Positions 27,815 through 42,875 of a DNA stretch of 64,000 nt are shown here, one piece after another. How positions within the stretch are numbered: the stretch's first letter is position 1; every line of letters starts with the position of its first letter. Source of the DNA: Eledone cirrhosa (lineage: Eukaryota); NCBI GenBank assembly GCA_964016885.1, contig OZ024747.1, positions 69,316,001 to 69,380,000 on the forward strand, read 5' to 3'. The position numbers were made by a program, and so were the translations under genes. The notes under the pieces are model-generated. The model was not told the DNA's origin and searched no databases. It saw only the letters and a program-made list of their open reading frames with translations.

Positions 27815-28209
27815 CTATTCTCAGCTAAGCTTCTAGGCAATGAGAGGACACTGGGAACTTATATAAAAATAATTCAGTGGATGGAAAAAAGCGAGCGGGG
27901 ACTAAATTCCAAGACATTGAAAAAATTCACTGCCTACCTGGTCAGTGGCAAATTCAAAAGAATCAATCACGTGACACTGAGGTTAATCAGTGAGGAGTGG
28001 GGTGCTATTAAGACAAGGGCCTAGCCACTACCATGAATCATAGTAGTAATTTCAGCAAGTTTTGCTCAACAAATAATTTGGAGATAATTATAAAGAATTA
28101 GTATATCTACCAACATATGTATTGCGGTTCTATGCAAGGGAATGCAGAACAATTATATGAAAGACGTAAATAAGAAAATTATGAAAATCGACTTACTTAC
28201 TAAAATTTC

Positions 28210-28290
28210 ACTCCAACTAATTAGTTTCTGTAAGGGAATAAATATGGTTACGGAGCGTACCCACAGAGAAACATTACGTCATCAGGGAGT
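28210..28290 (-). ncRNA. Type I hammerhead ribozyme, second unit
   Basis: Same motif 476 bp away; one substitution weakens stem II. Confidence 0.7.
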
Positions 28291-28570
28291 CTATTCTCAG
28301 CTAAGCTTCCAGGCAATGCGAGGACACTGGGAACTTATATAAAAATAATTCAGTGGATGGAAAAAAGCGAGCGGGGACTAAATTCCAAGACTTTGAAAAA
28401 ATTCACTGCCTACTTGGTCAGTGGCAAATTCAAAAGAATCAATCACGTGACACTGAGGTTAATCAGTGAGGTGTGGGGTGTTATTAAGACAAGGGCCTAG
28501 CCATCCACTGAATTATTTTTATATAAGTTCCCAGTGTCCTCGCATTGCCTGGAAGCTTAGCTAAGAATAG

Positions 28571-28652
28571 ACTCCCTGATGACGTAAAGGTTTCTCTGTG
28601 GGTACGCTCCGTAACCATATTTATTCCCTTACAGAAACTAATTAGTTGGAGT
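28571..28652 (+). ncRNA. Type I hammerhead ribozyme in the inverted arm
   Basis: actcc CTGATGA (28576-28582) cgtaaagg...ccttaca GAAA (28634-28637) ctaattag TT ggagt. Confidence 0.78.
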
Positions 28653-28740
28653 GAAATTTTAGTAAGTAAGTCGATTTTCATAATTTTCTTATTTACGTCT
28701 TTCATATATATATATATATACATCCACATATATGTATGTT

Positions 28741-28777
<37 letters not shown>

Positions 28778-28806
28778 ATGTGTGTATATATATGTATAGA
28801 TACATA

Positions 28807-28853
<47 letters not shown>

Positions 28854-28929
28854 ATATATATATATGTATATATATGTATATGTGTGTGTATATATATATA
28901 TGTATATATATGTATATATATATTTATAT

Positions 28930-29018
28930 AGTAATAATAATAAATTTGAAGACTAAAATCCAAAGAGGGCGCGATAAGGATTCTTTGCTTAAACTTTAAT
29001 CTGTTATTTTAATAAATA
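28930..29018. mobile_element. B/A Penelope-end composite
   Basis: agtaataataataaatttgaagactaaaatccaaagagggcgcgataagg joined to attctttgcttaaactttaatctgttattttaataaata. Confidence 0.75.
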
Positions 29019-30385
29019 TATATATTTATATATATATATATTTATATATGTATGTGTGCTTCTATATTTGTGAAGAGATGAAATAATCCTGATTATTGAT
29101 AAAATATTTATTAAAATACACGTATTTTCTTGTGTAGCGCATAAAATCAACAACAATCGCAAGAAAAAAAAAATTAAATGTTATTACTCTTTATAGAAGC
29201 TGGCTGCCAAATTGTGACGCCAGTGTTTCTACATATATAATGAAAATCTTTAGTTTAATATGGGATACGCCATTTAGTTTACCTCAATGATAAGTATCTC
29301 TACAGTTATAGTTTATGACTGTTTATTTAAAGCATAAACCTCAGTGTTTTTCTGACCAATCGGGAACTAGTATTAGAATAGTATCATTAAATAGTAGCCG
29401 GTAAATTGGAGTCGTTAGAAAGTTGGATTAAAAATACCTCGGGATTTGTTACTACTCTCTGCATTCAAACTTCAAACCCCACCGAGGTCAACGTTGCCTT
29501 TTATCCTGTTGTACTTGATAAAGTAATATAGCAATCAATTACTGGAGTCGAATCTTCCTTTATCTCATTTTCGTTCTTTCTCTGGAAGAGATCTACCGAA
29601 GGACCCCACCCCCGTGTGTCAGAATAATGCCCATACGATTAAGGGCCTTTTCCATTAAAAGGGGCAGATAAGCAGCAACAAAAGATCCCACCATTACCAC
29701 CAACAACAATGACTAAATATGAGAAAATAGTAAGCAAACAAAATACATAACTTGACCAACAAACAATAATAGGTTTATTTTAAATAATCACTGAGAATTA
29801 TCAAAACAATCATTTATATATGTTGACATTACGAATGGAAGACAAGAGGGTTTAAAACAGAACAAACAGGAGACAAAAAAGTAAAAAACATTAGTAATTG
29901 AAGAGGTCATAGAATGTGTGACGAAAGTGCTTTGACAATCAACAACTAAACAAACATCCGGTTATTAAACTAACCGTCTAGGTAATTATAATAATAAATT
30001 GAAGTGAAATTCGCTGGTGCCTGTGTTTTTTATTTGCAATATGACCCTCCCAAGATAAATAGTATGTAATGTATATTGACGCATACGAATTATTGCAAGT
30101 GGGTTTATAGAAATGGGTGTGTTTCTCTGTATAATACAGAAGTATAACAGTTACACAAACATGTGTAAACACACACATGCCCGCGCATGCGCTGACACAG
30201 GCATGTAGTTACACATATGCATGTATTTACACATATACTACATATATTTTTTGTGCGTATACACACGTACAAAAACATGAATTAATACTATCAGCTGAAG
30301 CTTAAATTCGAATGAAAATATGGTAATTGCCTTTCTCTCCAATTGACGATATACTAGGCTTGATCGGTCTATAGGATGTATGTAT

Positions 30386-30420
<35 letters not shown>

Positions 30421-31116
30421 AACATCCTATATGAAATATATATATGGAAAGAGAGAGAGTGAGAGAGAGAGAGGGAGGGGGGGGGGAGAGAGAGAGAGAG
30501 AAAAAGAGAGAGAGAGAGAGAGAGAGAATTATACATGATTTAATCAATTAAAAGCTATTGATAGGGGTTTAGTAACAGCAGCGAAGATCGAAGAATGCCG
30601 TCTCCAAACGTGCAGACTTGCGTTGTGCTCAAGACATTTACAGAGACACGTAGTCGCTGTTCATCACGTTTCCCTTCGGTGATCTCGTAAGATCCTCGTT
30701 TCCCTAAGTGACTCAAGTAGAAAGTTAAATAAAAAAAAAATAGAAGTTAAAATAAAATGTAAGGTCTTACTTGGCTGCGTCTAATTACTTTCTAATTTTC
30801 TAGGGAGGGATCTACGAATTTTTGTAATGGAGGAAAAGACAAGAAAAAGGTCCTAATAGCTAAACATATAATAAAAAGAAAGAATATACGCTGATGTTCT
30901 GGTAGTCCAGTTTATCTTTATTACTTAGCCATATCAGCATTGATTTAGCAGATATATGATGCAAAATGCTCCAGCCGTTGCCATCTTAGTGTAAATAGGA
31001 CAACATTATCCAATGTATTCATCCTCTTAAGAGTGTAGGGTGTGATTTCAGGAAATGATTTGGTCATTTGTATCATATCGACAGGCAGTGTAATTACATA
31101 CAAACATATATTAGTG

Positions 31117-31194
<78 letters not shown>

Positions 31195-31774
31195 TATAAA
31201 GAAAGAAAGAAAGAATGTATGTTCAGAAAACGGCGAGTTGAATTTGAAAATTGAATTAGAATATTTCATCGTAACTTTGGCTAAATATTAATGGGGCGTA
31301 TAAACCCACTGACCGGAAAAAGAGGGGCATCTTTTCCCGTTCCTTTATACGCCCTGTATTTATTAGACTATTTTATTTAGTCAAAGTTACGGCGAAGTCT
31401 TCTAATATATATATATATATATTAGTCATAGAAAAATAAGAAAATCAATGGCTAAAACAGACACCTGTTAAAACAGCCAAAACCTGTCAATGACATCTAT
31501 GGGAAAACATGCCTCAGAGGACAGAGAGCAGTGGCCAGTGGTCGGAGGAGAGACAATCCACGATGTACAATACAAGTTCATATACATACATCTTCACCCT
31601 CATCAGGTCTCAAACCATCAAAATAGTTTCGCGCGATTTAATTGAGAGTAACATTTTAAAATGCTGGATCGTCCAACAGAAAAATAAATTTTTTCTGCTG
31701 GTATGATGTGTGTGTGTGTGATAAAACAAATAGAACAGATAGAAGGACGAAAAAAGACAAAAAAAAAAGAAAAT

Positions 31775-32790
31775 AATGGGACAGTGGACTTCAAGCTGTG
31801 GTGTCTATTCTAAATAGAATGCTAATCATAGGACAAACATCAAGGGATGTGGGACTAGCATCCCAGAGAGCTCAAACTAAATGGAACCTTCCTAAGAGAA
31901 CTTGGGAAGATTTATGGAGATTGGAACCTCATCGAAACTCCTTCCTGTTGCGATCAGTCTATGATATGCTACCGAACCCAACAAATTCTGGCAGGTGAGG
32001 CATAAGGGTGGATGTATCATGTAAACTCTGTGGATTAAAAGCCACCATGGCACACATTTTATCAGGGTGTAAATAGATCTTATTCAATGGATGACGCCAT
32101 GATAAAGAGATCATGGAGTTTCCCAACAATCTGGACCAAGAAAGACGCAGAGAACACCAAACAGAGAAAACTGACACCATCAATCAGGTTTGTGAAATAG
32201 AGAGAGACGCTATCCACAACAGTTAAAACAACTAGTGGCCTACTCCAAATACCCCAATCATAGGATATGAGGGTTGATCTGTGAAGTAGATTCCCCCAGG
32301 TTGTTCAAACATTCCTGTTGTTAGATATAGTACTTTGGTGTGAAACGATAAAAAATATAATCCTGATTGAACTCACAGTTCCATGCGAAGAAGAGTGGGG
32401 TAATGTATTTGAGTATCAAGAACTTATGCAGGAGTATAGGGTGAGTTGTTTGCAACCATGGCTACTTCCAGTTGAGGGGTCTGTAGTGGATTCCTGGCTC
32501 ACTCGATATGGAAAATACTCACAGCCATTGGAATAACAGGAAGAGAGAAGACTGCCGTTTGCAGGATGGGAGAGGCATAAGAAAAGGTCTCTTGTTGGCT
32601 TTTGGAGCAGGAGATAAGCTGGAAGCTAGGAGACGTAGATGGGTAGTAATTTGGTCACCACTTCTGACTCACCGGTGAGAGGCTGTTATGGTTGATGTTT
32701 GAAACACTCAATAAACTTTGGACATCATTTCATGATATCAACGTATCCCGGCCAAAGTTGTGTTCACCGAAAGTGAATGAAATGTGAGGC
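31775..32790 (+). mobile_element. Decayed RLE-type non-LTR retrotransposon 3' region (HERO-like clade)
   Basis: WEDLWRLEPHRNSFLLRSVYDMLPNPTN; CCHC knuckle CKLCGLKATMAHILSGC followed by RHD (~32017-32105); DIVLW...IILIELTVPCEE and PVEG endonuclease motifs; multiple stops and frameshifts. Confidence 0.85.
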
Positions 32791-32883
32791 ATTTTCTTGA
32801 AGATGTAATTATATATAATATATATATATATATATTTGTGTGTGCATGAGAGAGAAAGAGAGAGAGAGAAAAAGAAAGAGAGA

Positions 32884-32925
<42 letters not shown>

Positions 32926-33149
32926 ATTCAATGCCATATTGCCCACTTTAAAAACTTGACTGTATTTCCTCTGTTACGCTTCCCATTGCCTCTCTAGTAT
33001 TTTCTTTTTCCCTCTTCCTCTTTCTCCTGCCAGACCTTGACGCGTCCTTAGTTACCATCACACAATCCTTCTTTGTCTGTCTTTCACCACTTCCGGTTTT
33101 CTATTCTCCCTTCGTTTATCACTTGAACTCTTTCGTTGACATTATTTTC

Positions 33150-33490
33150 AGCAGCACAGAGTTACGTCCCTTTACGTTCAGAGTTCAAATCCCACCGATG
33201 TTAACTTTGCCTTTTATCCTTACGGGGTCGATGAAATAAAGTACCAGTAATACACTGGGATAATTGCTGGCTTGTGCCAAAAGTTGAAACAATTATTTTC
33301 AGTGAACTGGCAGAGTCGGTAGAGGGTTGGAGACCATGATTTGCAGCACAGAGTTACGGCCCTTTGTGTTCTGAGTTCAAATCCCACCGAGGTTAACTTT
33401 GACTTTCATCCTTACAGGGTCGATAAAATAAAGGACCAGTAATGCATTGGTATAATTGCTGGCCTTGTGCCAAAAGTAGAAACAATTATT
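33150..33490 (+). mobile_element. Two head-to-tail SINE copies
   Basis: B-box gagttcaaatccc at ~33181 and ~33373, each followed by the family 3' block. Confidence 0.85.
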
Positions 33491-35139
33491 TTCAATTCTT
33501 CGTCCCGTGTGTCATGGCCGAAAGTCTTCAATATCCCATTCTATCCAGCGTTACTCTTTAGCACACTTTCTTATATCACCATCATTGTGTTATCTTAGTC
33601 GTAGGACTATTAGTTTTGTTACTGTCTTATTTTAGTCGATATATATTAGTTTGTACACTAACGCTTTGTCGAAGACCTTTCTTTGATTATTGTCCGTACG
33701 TCTTCTGTGTTGCTGGCTTAGACATGTGATCCTATATGTTATAGGGCGAAACCATACAGTTCACTTCACGTCAGACGACAGTTGAGTGAAGTTGAGTAGA
33801 TGTTGTTCTTGTCCGTCGTCATGTATTTTCGTTTTCTCTTTCTCTCGTGCAAAAATGTTGTTTCAATTCATGCATAATCACCGAAGAACCATAACTGCCC
33901 TACTTTATCTGACCTTAATTACCATCCAGAATTATTCTCACACTAAACCATAGGCCAGCCAACATCCCGAAACATCAAAGAATGTTATATTGTAGATATC
34001 ACCGCTATAGACTCTAGCGGATGATTACAGCAAATGCGAAGTCTAAGCTCTGGAGTGCATCCATGTTGTTGTATCACCTCCCTGCGTAAAGCAGAAGCTT
34101 GCAATATAAATAACACATTCTTCACAAAGTTCTAGAAGCATGATACGATTGCGTTTGATTTTTTTAAAGATCAGAGGAATCACTTCCAGCTTCTTAAGCA
34201 TTTCAGAGCAGACTGTAATACCAGCCCCAACCTTCCTATGCTCTTATCCTGATTTACTCTTCTAGAAAAGGGTATAACCACCTGATCATCACTTTCCAGT
34301 CGAATCTCAGAGAATAGTTATATAAACCATTATTATTAGTTCAAATTCTGCCAAGTCTACTTTGTCTTTCATCCTTTCGGGGTCGATACAATAAAGTACC
34401 AGTCATGCACTGAGGTAGATTTAATCGACTTTCCCAGCCTCTTCAAATTGCTGGTCTTGTGCCTATAGTAGAAATTGAAGCCCGAAGGATGAAAGGCAAT
34501 GTTGAAATTCTGCGGGACTTCAACTCAGAACGTAAATAACTCTATTTATCATCTGCAAGACATTTTGTCTAATGCTCTAACAACTCTGCCAGTTCAGCTA
34601 TTGTTATTGTTAGTTAATGGAAGAATATATTTTTTCAAAAGGGTTAAAGATACATATCACACATTCTGGTTCATGTCTATTCAGTTCATGTGCACAACGA
34701 AAAAGAACTAAATGGTCTATAAATTTCCCAGTGGAATTCTACGTACAACTGATTTCATCTACTGCCAGTGCGCTTTACTCTACTAGTTTTCAAGTTGTCA
34801 TTAGACAATAGCCAAGTGTGTAAATTAAATCAGACTTTTTTCCCTTCTTGTTGTTTTTCTTAAATCTCATTTTCAATACCGTCTTTTTCAGAGAGTAAAT
34901 CATTCATATATTTACTTTTCACCACTTTTCTCTGCGCCTTACCTTCAACCTCACAAATACTTTGATGGTGATATAATCAGATATTGTAAATAGTCAGGTC
35001 AAGTTATTAGTTTTTCGCCGCCTCAGATTGTCATCAGCTAAATATGGCTTTACCAGACATAGAGCTCACACGACACGGTTACACTTTCACACTCGTCTCT
35101 TCAACATCTACGTCTATCACACCTTTCGACTTACCTACT

Positions 35140-37566
<2,427 letters not shown>

Positions 37567-37899
37567 CCCATATCATTATCTTTGCTGGTGCTTTAGGAAA
37601 TTCTTTTATTAGATGACGAGGAAAAGAAAGATGAAAGTATTAGGAAAGATGAAGATAAAGAAGAACAAAGGAGACTGGACTGCTGGACCGCCACTGTAAA
37701 CATCTTTGTAATACCTGAAAGGGGTTATTTAATTGGTCAAGTGGTCATTAATTGGTGGCAGTAGGTGACACAGATGTAGATGTGAAGTCAGCAGAGAAGA
37801 TAGAACGTGGCTGACATGGTTGCGAGCGGAAAGGATGGCATAATATATATATATATATATACACATGTATGTATGTATGATGTAAATTATATATATATA

Positions 37900-38150
<251 letters not shown>

Positions 38151-38181
38151 GTATGTATGTAGGGTGTAAATTATATATATA

Positions 38182-38368
38182 TAGGAACGAGTAGGATCCC
38201 GACAGCTGAGCTCAAGCCGTTTCGACGGCTAATTCAGAATTAGCCGTCGAAACGGCTTGAGCTCAGCCGTCGGGGTCCTACTCGTTCCTATTACCCACTC
38301 TACTACCCTAAGTATTGAGTACTTTGGTGCGTTATGGTCCACCTGGTCCCTTACCACATTTCCTTCGT
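38182..38368 (+). mobile_element. Palindromic half-hammerhead element
   Basis: 54-bp arms (38182-38290, 1-nt loop, two mismatches) and a tail nearly identical to 20497-20574. Confidence 0.85.
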
Positions 38369-38401
<33 letters not shown>

Positions 38402-38498
38402 CACATGTATGTATGTATGTAAATTATATATATATATATATATATACACATGTATGTAAATTATATATATATATATATATCTATACACACATATATGT

Positions 38499-38570
<72 letters not shown>

Positions 38571-38573
38571 TGT

Positions 38574-38616
<43 letters not shown>

Positions 38617-38626
38617 GTATGTAAAT

Positions 38627-38657
<31 letters not shown>

Positions 38658-38713
38658 GTATGTATGTATGATTTAAATTATATATATATATATATATACA
38701 CATGTATGTATGT

Positions 38714-38758
<45 letters not shown>

Positions 38759-39086
38759 GTATGTATGTATGTAAATTATATATATATATATATATACATG
38801 TATGTATGTAAATATATCTATATATATATATGTATATATATATACATGTATGTAAATATATATATATATATGTATATATATATACATGTATGTAAATATA
38901 TATATATATGTATATATATATACATGTATGTAAATATATATATATATGTATATATATATATACATGTATGTAAATATATATATATATGTATATATATATA
39001 TAAATGTATGTAAATATATATATATATATGTATATATATATACATGTATGTAAATATATATATATATATGTATATATACATGTATG

Positions 39087-39133
<47 letters not shown>

Positions 39134-39355
39134 ATATATATATATTTATGTATATATATATATATATACATGTATATATGTAAATATATATATATATGTA
39201 TATATATACACACTCATCTAGGTATGTAAATATATATATATATACACACATGTATGTATGTAAATATATATATATATACACACATGTATGTATGTAAATA
39301 TATATATATATACACACATGTATGTATGTAAATATATATACACACATACATGTAT

Positions 39356-39395
<40 letters not shown>

Positions 39396-40224
39396 ATGTG
39401 TGTGTCTGTGTGTGTGCATACACTTTGATAAACGAGACTACCTCTTTGGACGCTTTCACCATCTTTATTTTTTTGATAAGAATAGAAATAACAGTGGAGT
39501 GAATCCCAGACAAATAATTGGTATCAAACGATTATATGTACAAAAGAATATGTCCTCATAGTACCACATGTAAATATTCTGTATATGTATAAAACTTTAC
39601 CTTTAACACGCTAGAAGACATATAAATGACTATAGTTACCTGAAAAGGACTAATAGGACCGAAACATGTCTGGAGTTATCACCGTCCCATTCAAATATCA
39701 AACTGCTCTTTTCCCCCCCACAACGTATCTTTCCAAATTTAATTAATTTGGACTTCTGTGCGACAGTCTATTAAAAAGAATATGTATTTCTGATTTTCAA
39801 TTATCAGTTTTGGTTTTTTAATTTTTTTATTTTAGCATTTTTGAACAATGTTTATCTTTCTTCAATCCAAATATAATCTTGATTAATTATAGTTTTCGTG
39901 ATCACCACATTAAGCCTATTAAAGCTTAATTTACTTTCTTCTGTTTTATTATATTCCACGATGTCGGATGCTGTGTTTTGACGACATATTCACCCAAAAG
40001 AATCGATTCAGTTTCACTTTCGATTTTGTGTTCATATCCGTTAACTTGTGTCACTAATTACTTTTTTAGTGGTTATTTCTTTTAGTTGTTATTACGACAC
40101 CTGTATCTGCAGAATTATTTAACGAAAAGAAAAAAAATTGAAAAAAAAATTATATAAGCTAAGCAAAAATTCCCAAATCACATCACATTCGAATGAGAGC
40201 CAAACCTCGATTTCCTGCCATGCT

Positions 40225-40378
40225 TTGCATCATAGAGTTACGCCCCTTTACGGTCTGAGTTCATATCCCACTGAGGTTAACTTTGCATTTCATCCTTACG
40301 GGGTAGATAAAATAAAGTACCAGTAATGCATTTGAGATAATTGCTGGCCTTGTGCCAAAAATAGAAACAATTATTAAT
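40225..40378 (+). mobile_element. SINE
   Basis: gagttacgcccctttacggtctgagttcatatccc...catccttacggggtagataaaataaagtacc...gaaacaattatt. Confidence 0.8.
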
Positions 40379-40521
40379 AAACATTTAAAGTGATTGTGTA
40401 AAAGCCGAATATAAGATGATAATATGAAATATAATTAAATATAATTAAAGTTTAAACTTAATTTGAATGTAACTGAGGAAAGATGTCAATCTTGTTTAAA
40501 TCATTCTTCTACGTTGAACCC

Positions 40522-40556
<35 letters not shown>

Positions 40557-40562
40557 ATTGAA

Positions 40563-40697
40563 TCGTATAACGGCTGTGAAAACTGAAACTATCCAAATTG
40601 CTGCCATTGTTTGGAGGTCCCTACGTTTATTATACAGTTGATTTGGCACAGATGTAAGAGCAATAGAATCGATGCTTAACGTTAGCAATTTTGAGAT
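40563..40697 (-). pseudogene. Possible decayed class A GPCR fragment (TM3 to TM4)
   Basis: Minus frame ISKLLTLSIDSIALTSVPNQLYNKRRDLQTMAAIWIVSVFTAVIR resembles LSxDRYxAxxxP...RRAxxxIxxIWxxS; bounded by a stop and a poly-T run. Confidence 0.3.
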
Positions 40698-42374
40698 CTA
40701 TATATTTATGGTTCAAATAATGTCTGGTAAAACTTTAACCTTTCGTTTCTTCGTGATCGATAAATCGAGTTATTTGTTGATTTAATAACCAAATCGATAG
40801 AGGAGCAAAATGTCAAACTGCCTTCTCCTTTGTATTACAATTTAGTGGCTTCGTTTAAGGAGTTTCTAAAACTACTGTAACAATTTCTCGATTGAATAAC
40901 AACCAATCTCGGAAGAAACATGCCTCTCATACAATTGACTGTACACACGGGAATAATTCCCAGCTGCATAAGCTTGTCTGGCTTGGATAAAACTGCAATC
41001 ATATGTTGTTACGTATTCTTTAAGAGATAAAATCTCATTCTTATCGAAATTTCCCATCTTGTACTGATGAAACGGAATGATATTTCTCAGAGAATAAATA
41101 CTAAAAACTGTCATCTGTTAAAGAAATGGTAGTTTATGTATTAACTTTCGTTCATATAAATGAAAATATTAGATCCTTCTTTCTTGGAAATGCTAAAAAA
41201 ATTACTATTTAGACAATATAAATTTTTTGTAGTAGAGGGCGGTGGATTGGCAATATCGGTAGAGGGTCGGACGCCATGCTAGGGCGGTGGATTGGCAGTA
41301 TCGGTAGAGGGTCGGACGCCATGCGAAGACTGTTAGAATCGGTAGACAGGGACAGAAGACTGTTAGAATCGGTAGACAGGGACTGAAGAACAAATAAGTC
41401 GTATTTCTTTACACGCCTAATTCAAATGCCACTGGAGTCACCATTTCATCATTTTAGCGTTGATAAAGTAAGTTTCATTTGAGAACTGGTATTTATATAA
41501 ATGACTAAAATCTGTTCAAAATTGTAATGTGACACAGAGTCTCTTAAAGATTTTTTTATTTTATTTAAGTTTTATACAATTAAGTGGCTTTATGAAATAG
41601 GGAAATGTAAAATGTATAATGTGGATAATAAATAGAATATGAATAGAAGTCAGTATTAATATTTAAAAAAATACCAACGTATCGAAACGAATATAAATGA
41701 TGGAAATTAGTTGACTTCTAACAAAATACCACTGAAATATGAAAAGTATAATAAACAAAGACCTGAAATAATATTAATTTGGATAAATAAATATCTTGTA
41801 CTTTATACAAACATAACATTAAATGAAAAAATATATTCCACCACAAAACTACAAATACACAAAAACTCAGTTAGTGGTTACACCCCGGGGGACTTCAAAT
41901 ATATTTTCGATTATTCCTAAATTAACTGGAAGTGTATCTGTTTTCAAGTATATAACGCCCTGGTATGCAACATGAAACTCTAGCCAAAATTACAGAAGTT
42001 AAATCTGAGCCGTTAGAATACATGTAAGGCTTATACAAATGTCAATCCGCTAGCATAATTGTTAATATTGTTTAGTTATGTATATAATGGGTCAGCCCTA
42101 TTTGAACAAACCTATGATCAAAAGTGTTACTCTGTTTTGATAAGGAATATGTTGAACTAAATTACCTTATGTGGCTTTTTTTATTTTTGACGTCTTTTTT
42201 AGATATATTATATCTAAGACTACATTTATATATATTTGAAAGAGGTAATTCGAAGAGTGAGGCGCTGCCTTTTCTAACGGGGTTGCGTGATAGTGTAGAG
42301 GCTGTCTTATGACTCCCACAAATATAATCTATCGAAAATAATTTTGAGAATAATCTCATTTAAACACTAAACTT

Positions 42375-42564
42375 ATAATTGTTTCTACTTTAGGCACAAG
42401 GCCAGCAATTACCCAGTACATTACTGGTACTTTATTTTATCGACCCCGTAAGGATGAAAGGCAAAGTCAACCTCGGCGGGATTTGAACTCAGATCGTAAA
42501 GGGACGTAATTATGCTGGAAAGCATGGCGTCCGACCCTCTACCGATATTGCCAATCCACCGCCA
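42375..42564 (-). mobile_element. Full-length tRNA-derived SINE
   Basis: Reverse strand: ggcggtggattggcaatatcggtagag (A-box-like) ... gagttcaaatccc (B-box) ... family 3' block and aattat tail. Confidence 0.88.
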
Positions 42565-42616
42565 CACTAAACTTATAATATTAACTATATAGTAAAACTG
42601 ATGGCAAATTACTTAA

Positions 42617-42875
42617 TCTCTTCTCTTCTTCGCTAAACTCCGCCAGTTGCAGAATGCGCATCAACATGAGATATTTTTCGTCACAAAGTTCGATCACCAG
42701 CAGCAGAGTTTAAAGAGCAAAGATCAAGTCCAGTCCATAAGTTGACATTATTAAGCCATCTTAATATATTAATAATGGAACTTCAGCTAGTTTTTTTTCC
42801 CATTTCCCTTTTCAAATCTTTCTTCATGAAACACGTACAAGACAATGTCTTAAATAACTTCATCTTGGTTTCCTC
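42617..42875 (-). mobile_element. RTE-like LINE 3' end
   Basis: Minus frame RWLNNVNLWTGLDLCSLNSAAGDRTL*R matches the RTE C-terminal W..D...W......A.DR..WR pattern; followed by a gaaga-type tail. Confidence 0.65.

Larger units (their letters stand above)
27567..28706 (-). mobile_element. Hammerhead-bearing tandem repeat (about two units, HHRs 476 bp apart) plus an inverted partial unit
   Basis: Units start near 27567 and 28093 (the second lacks ~50 bp); 28501-28706 is an inverted copy; (TA)n at both ends. Confidence 0.9.

Noticed and set aside
27627-28342. Repeated short ORFs [12 protein letters not shown]...
   Set aside because: By-product of the hammerhead repeat on its antisense strand; stop positions differ between copies
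33960-34320. Possible RTE RT relic on the minus strand (SEMLK, VIPLIFKK)
   Set aside because: Too degenerate to call
42375-42564. tRNA genes suggested by A/B boxes
   Set aside because: No cloverleaf; the boxes belong to multi-copy SINE heads
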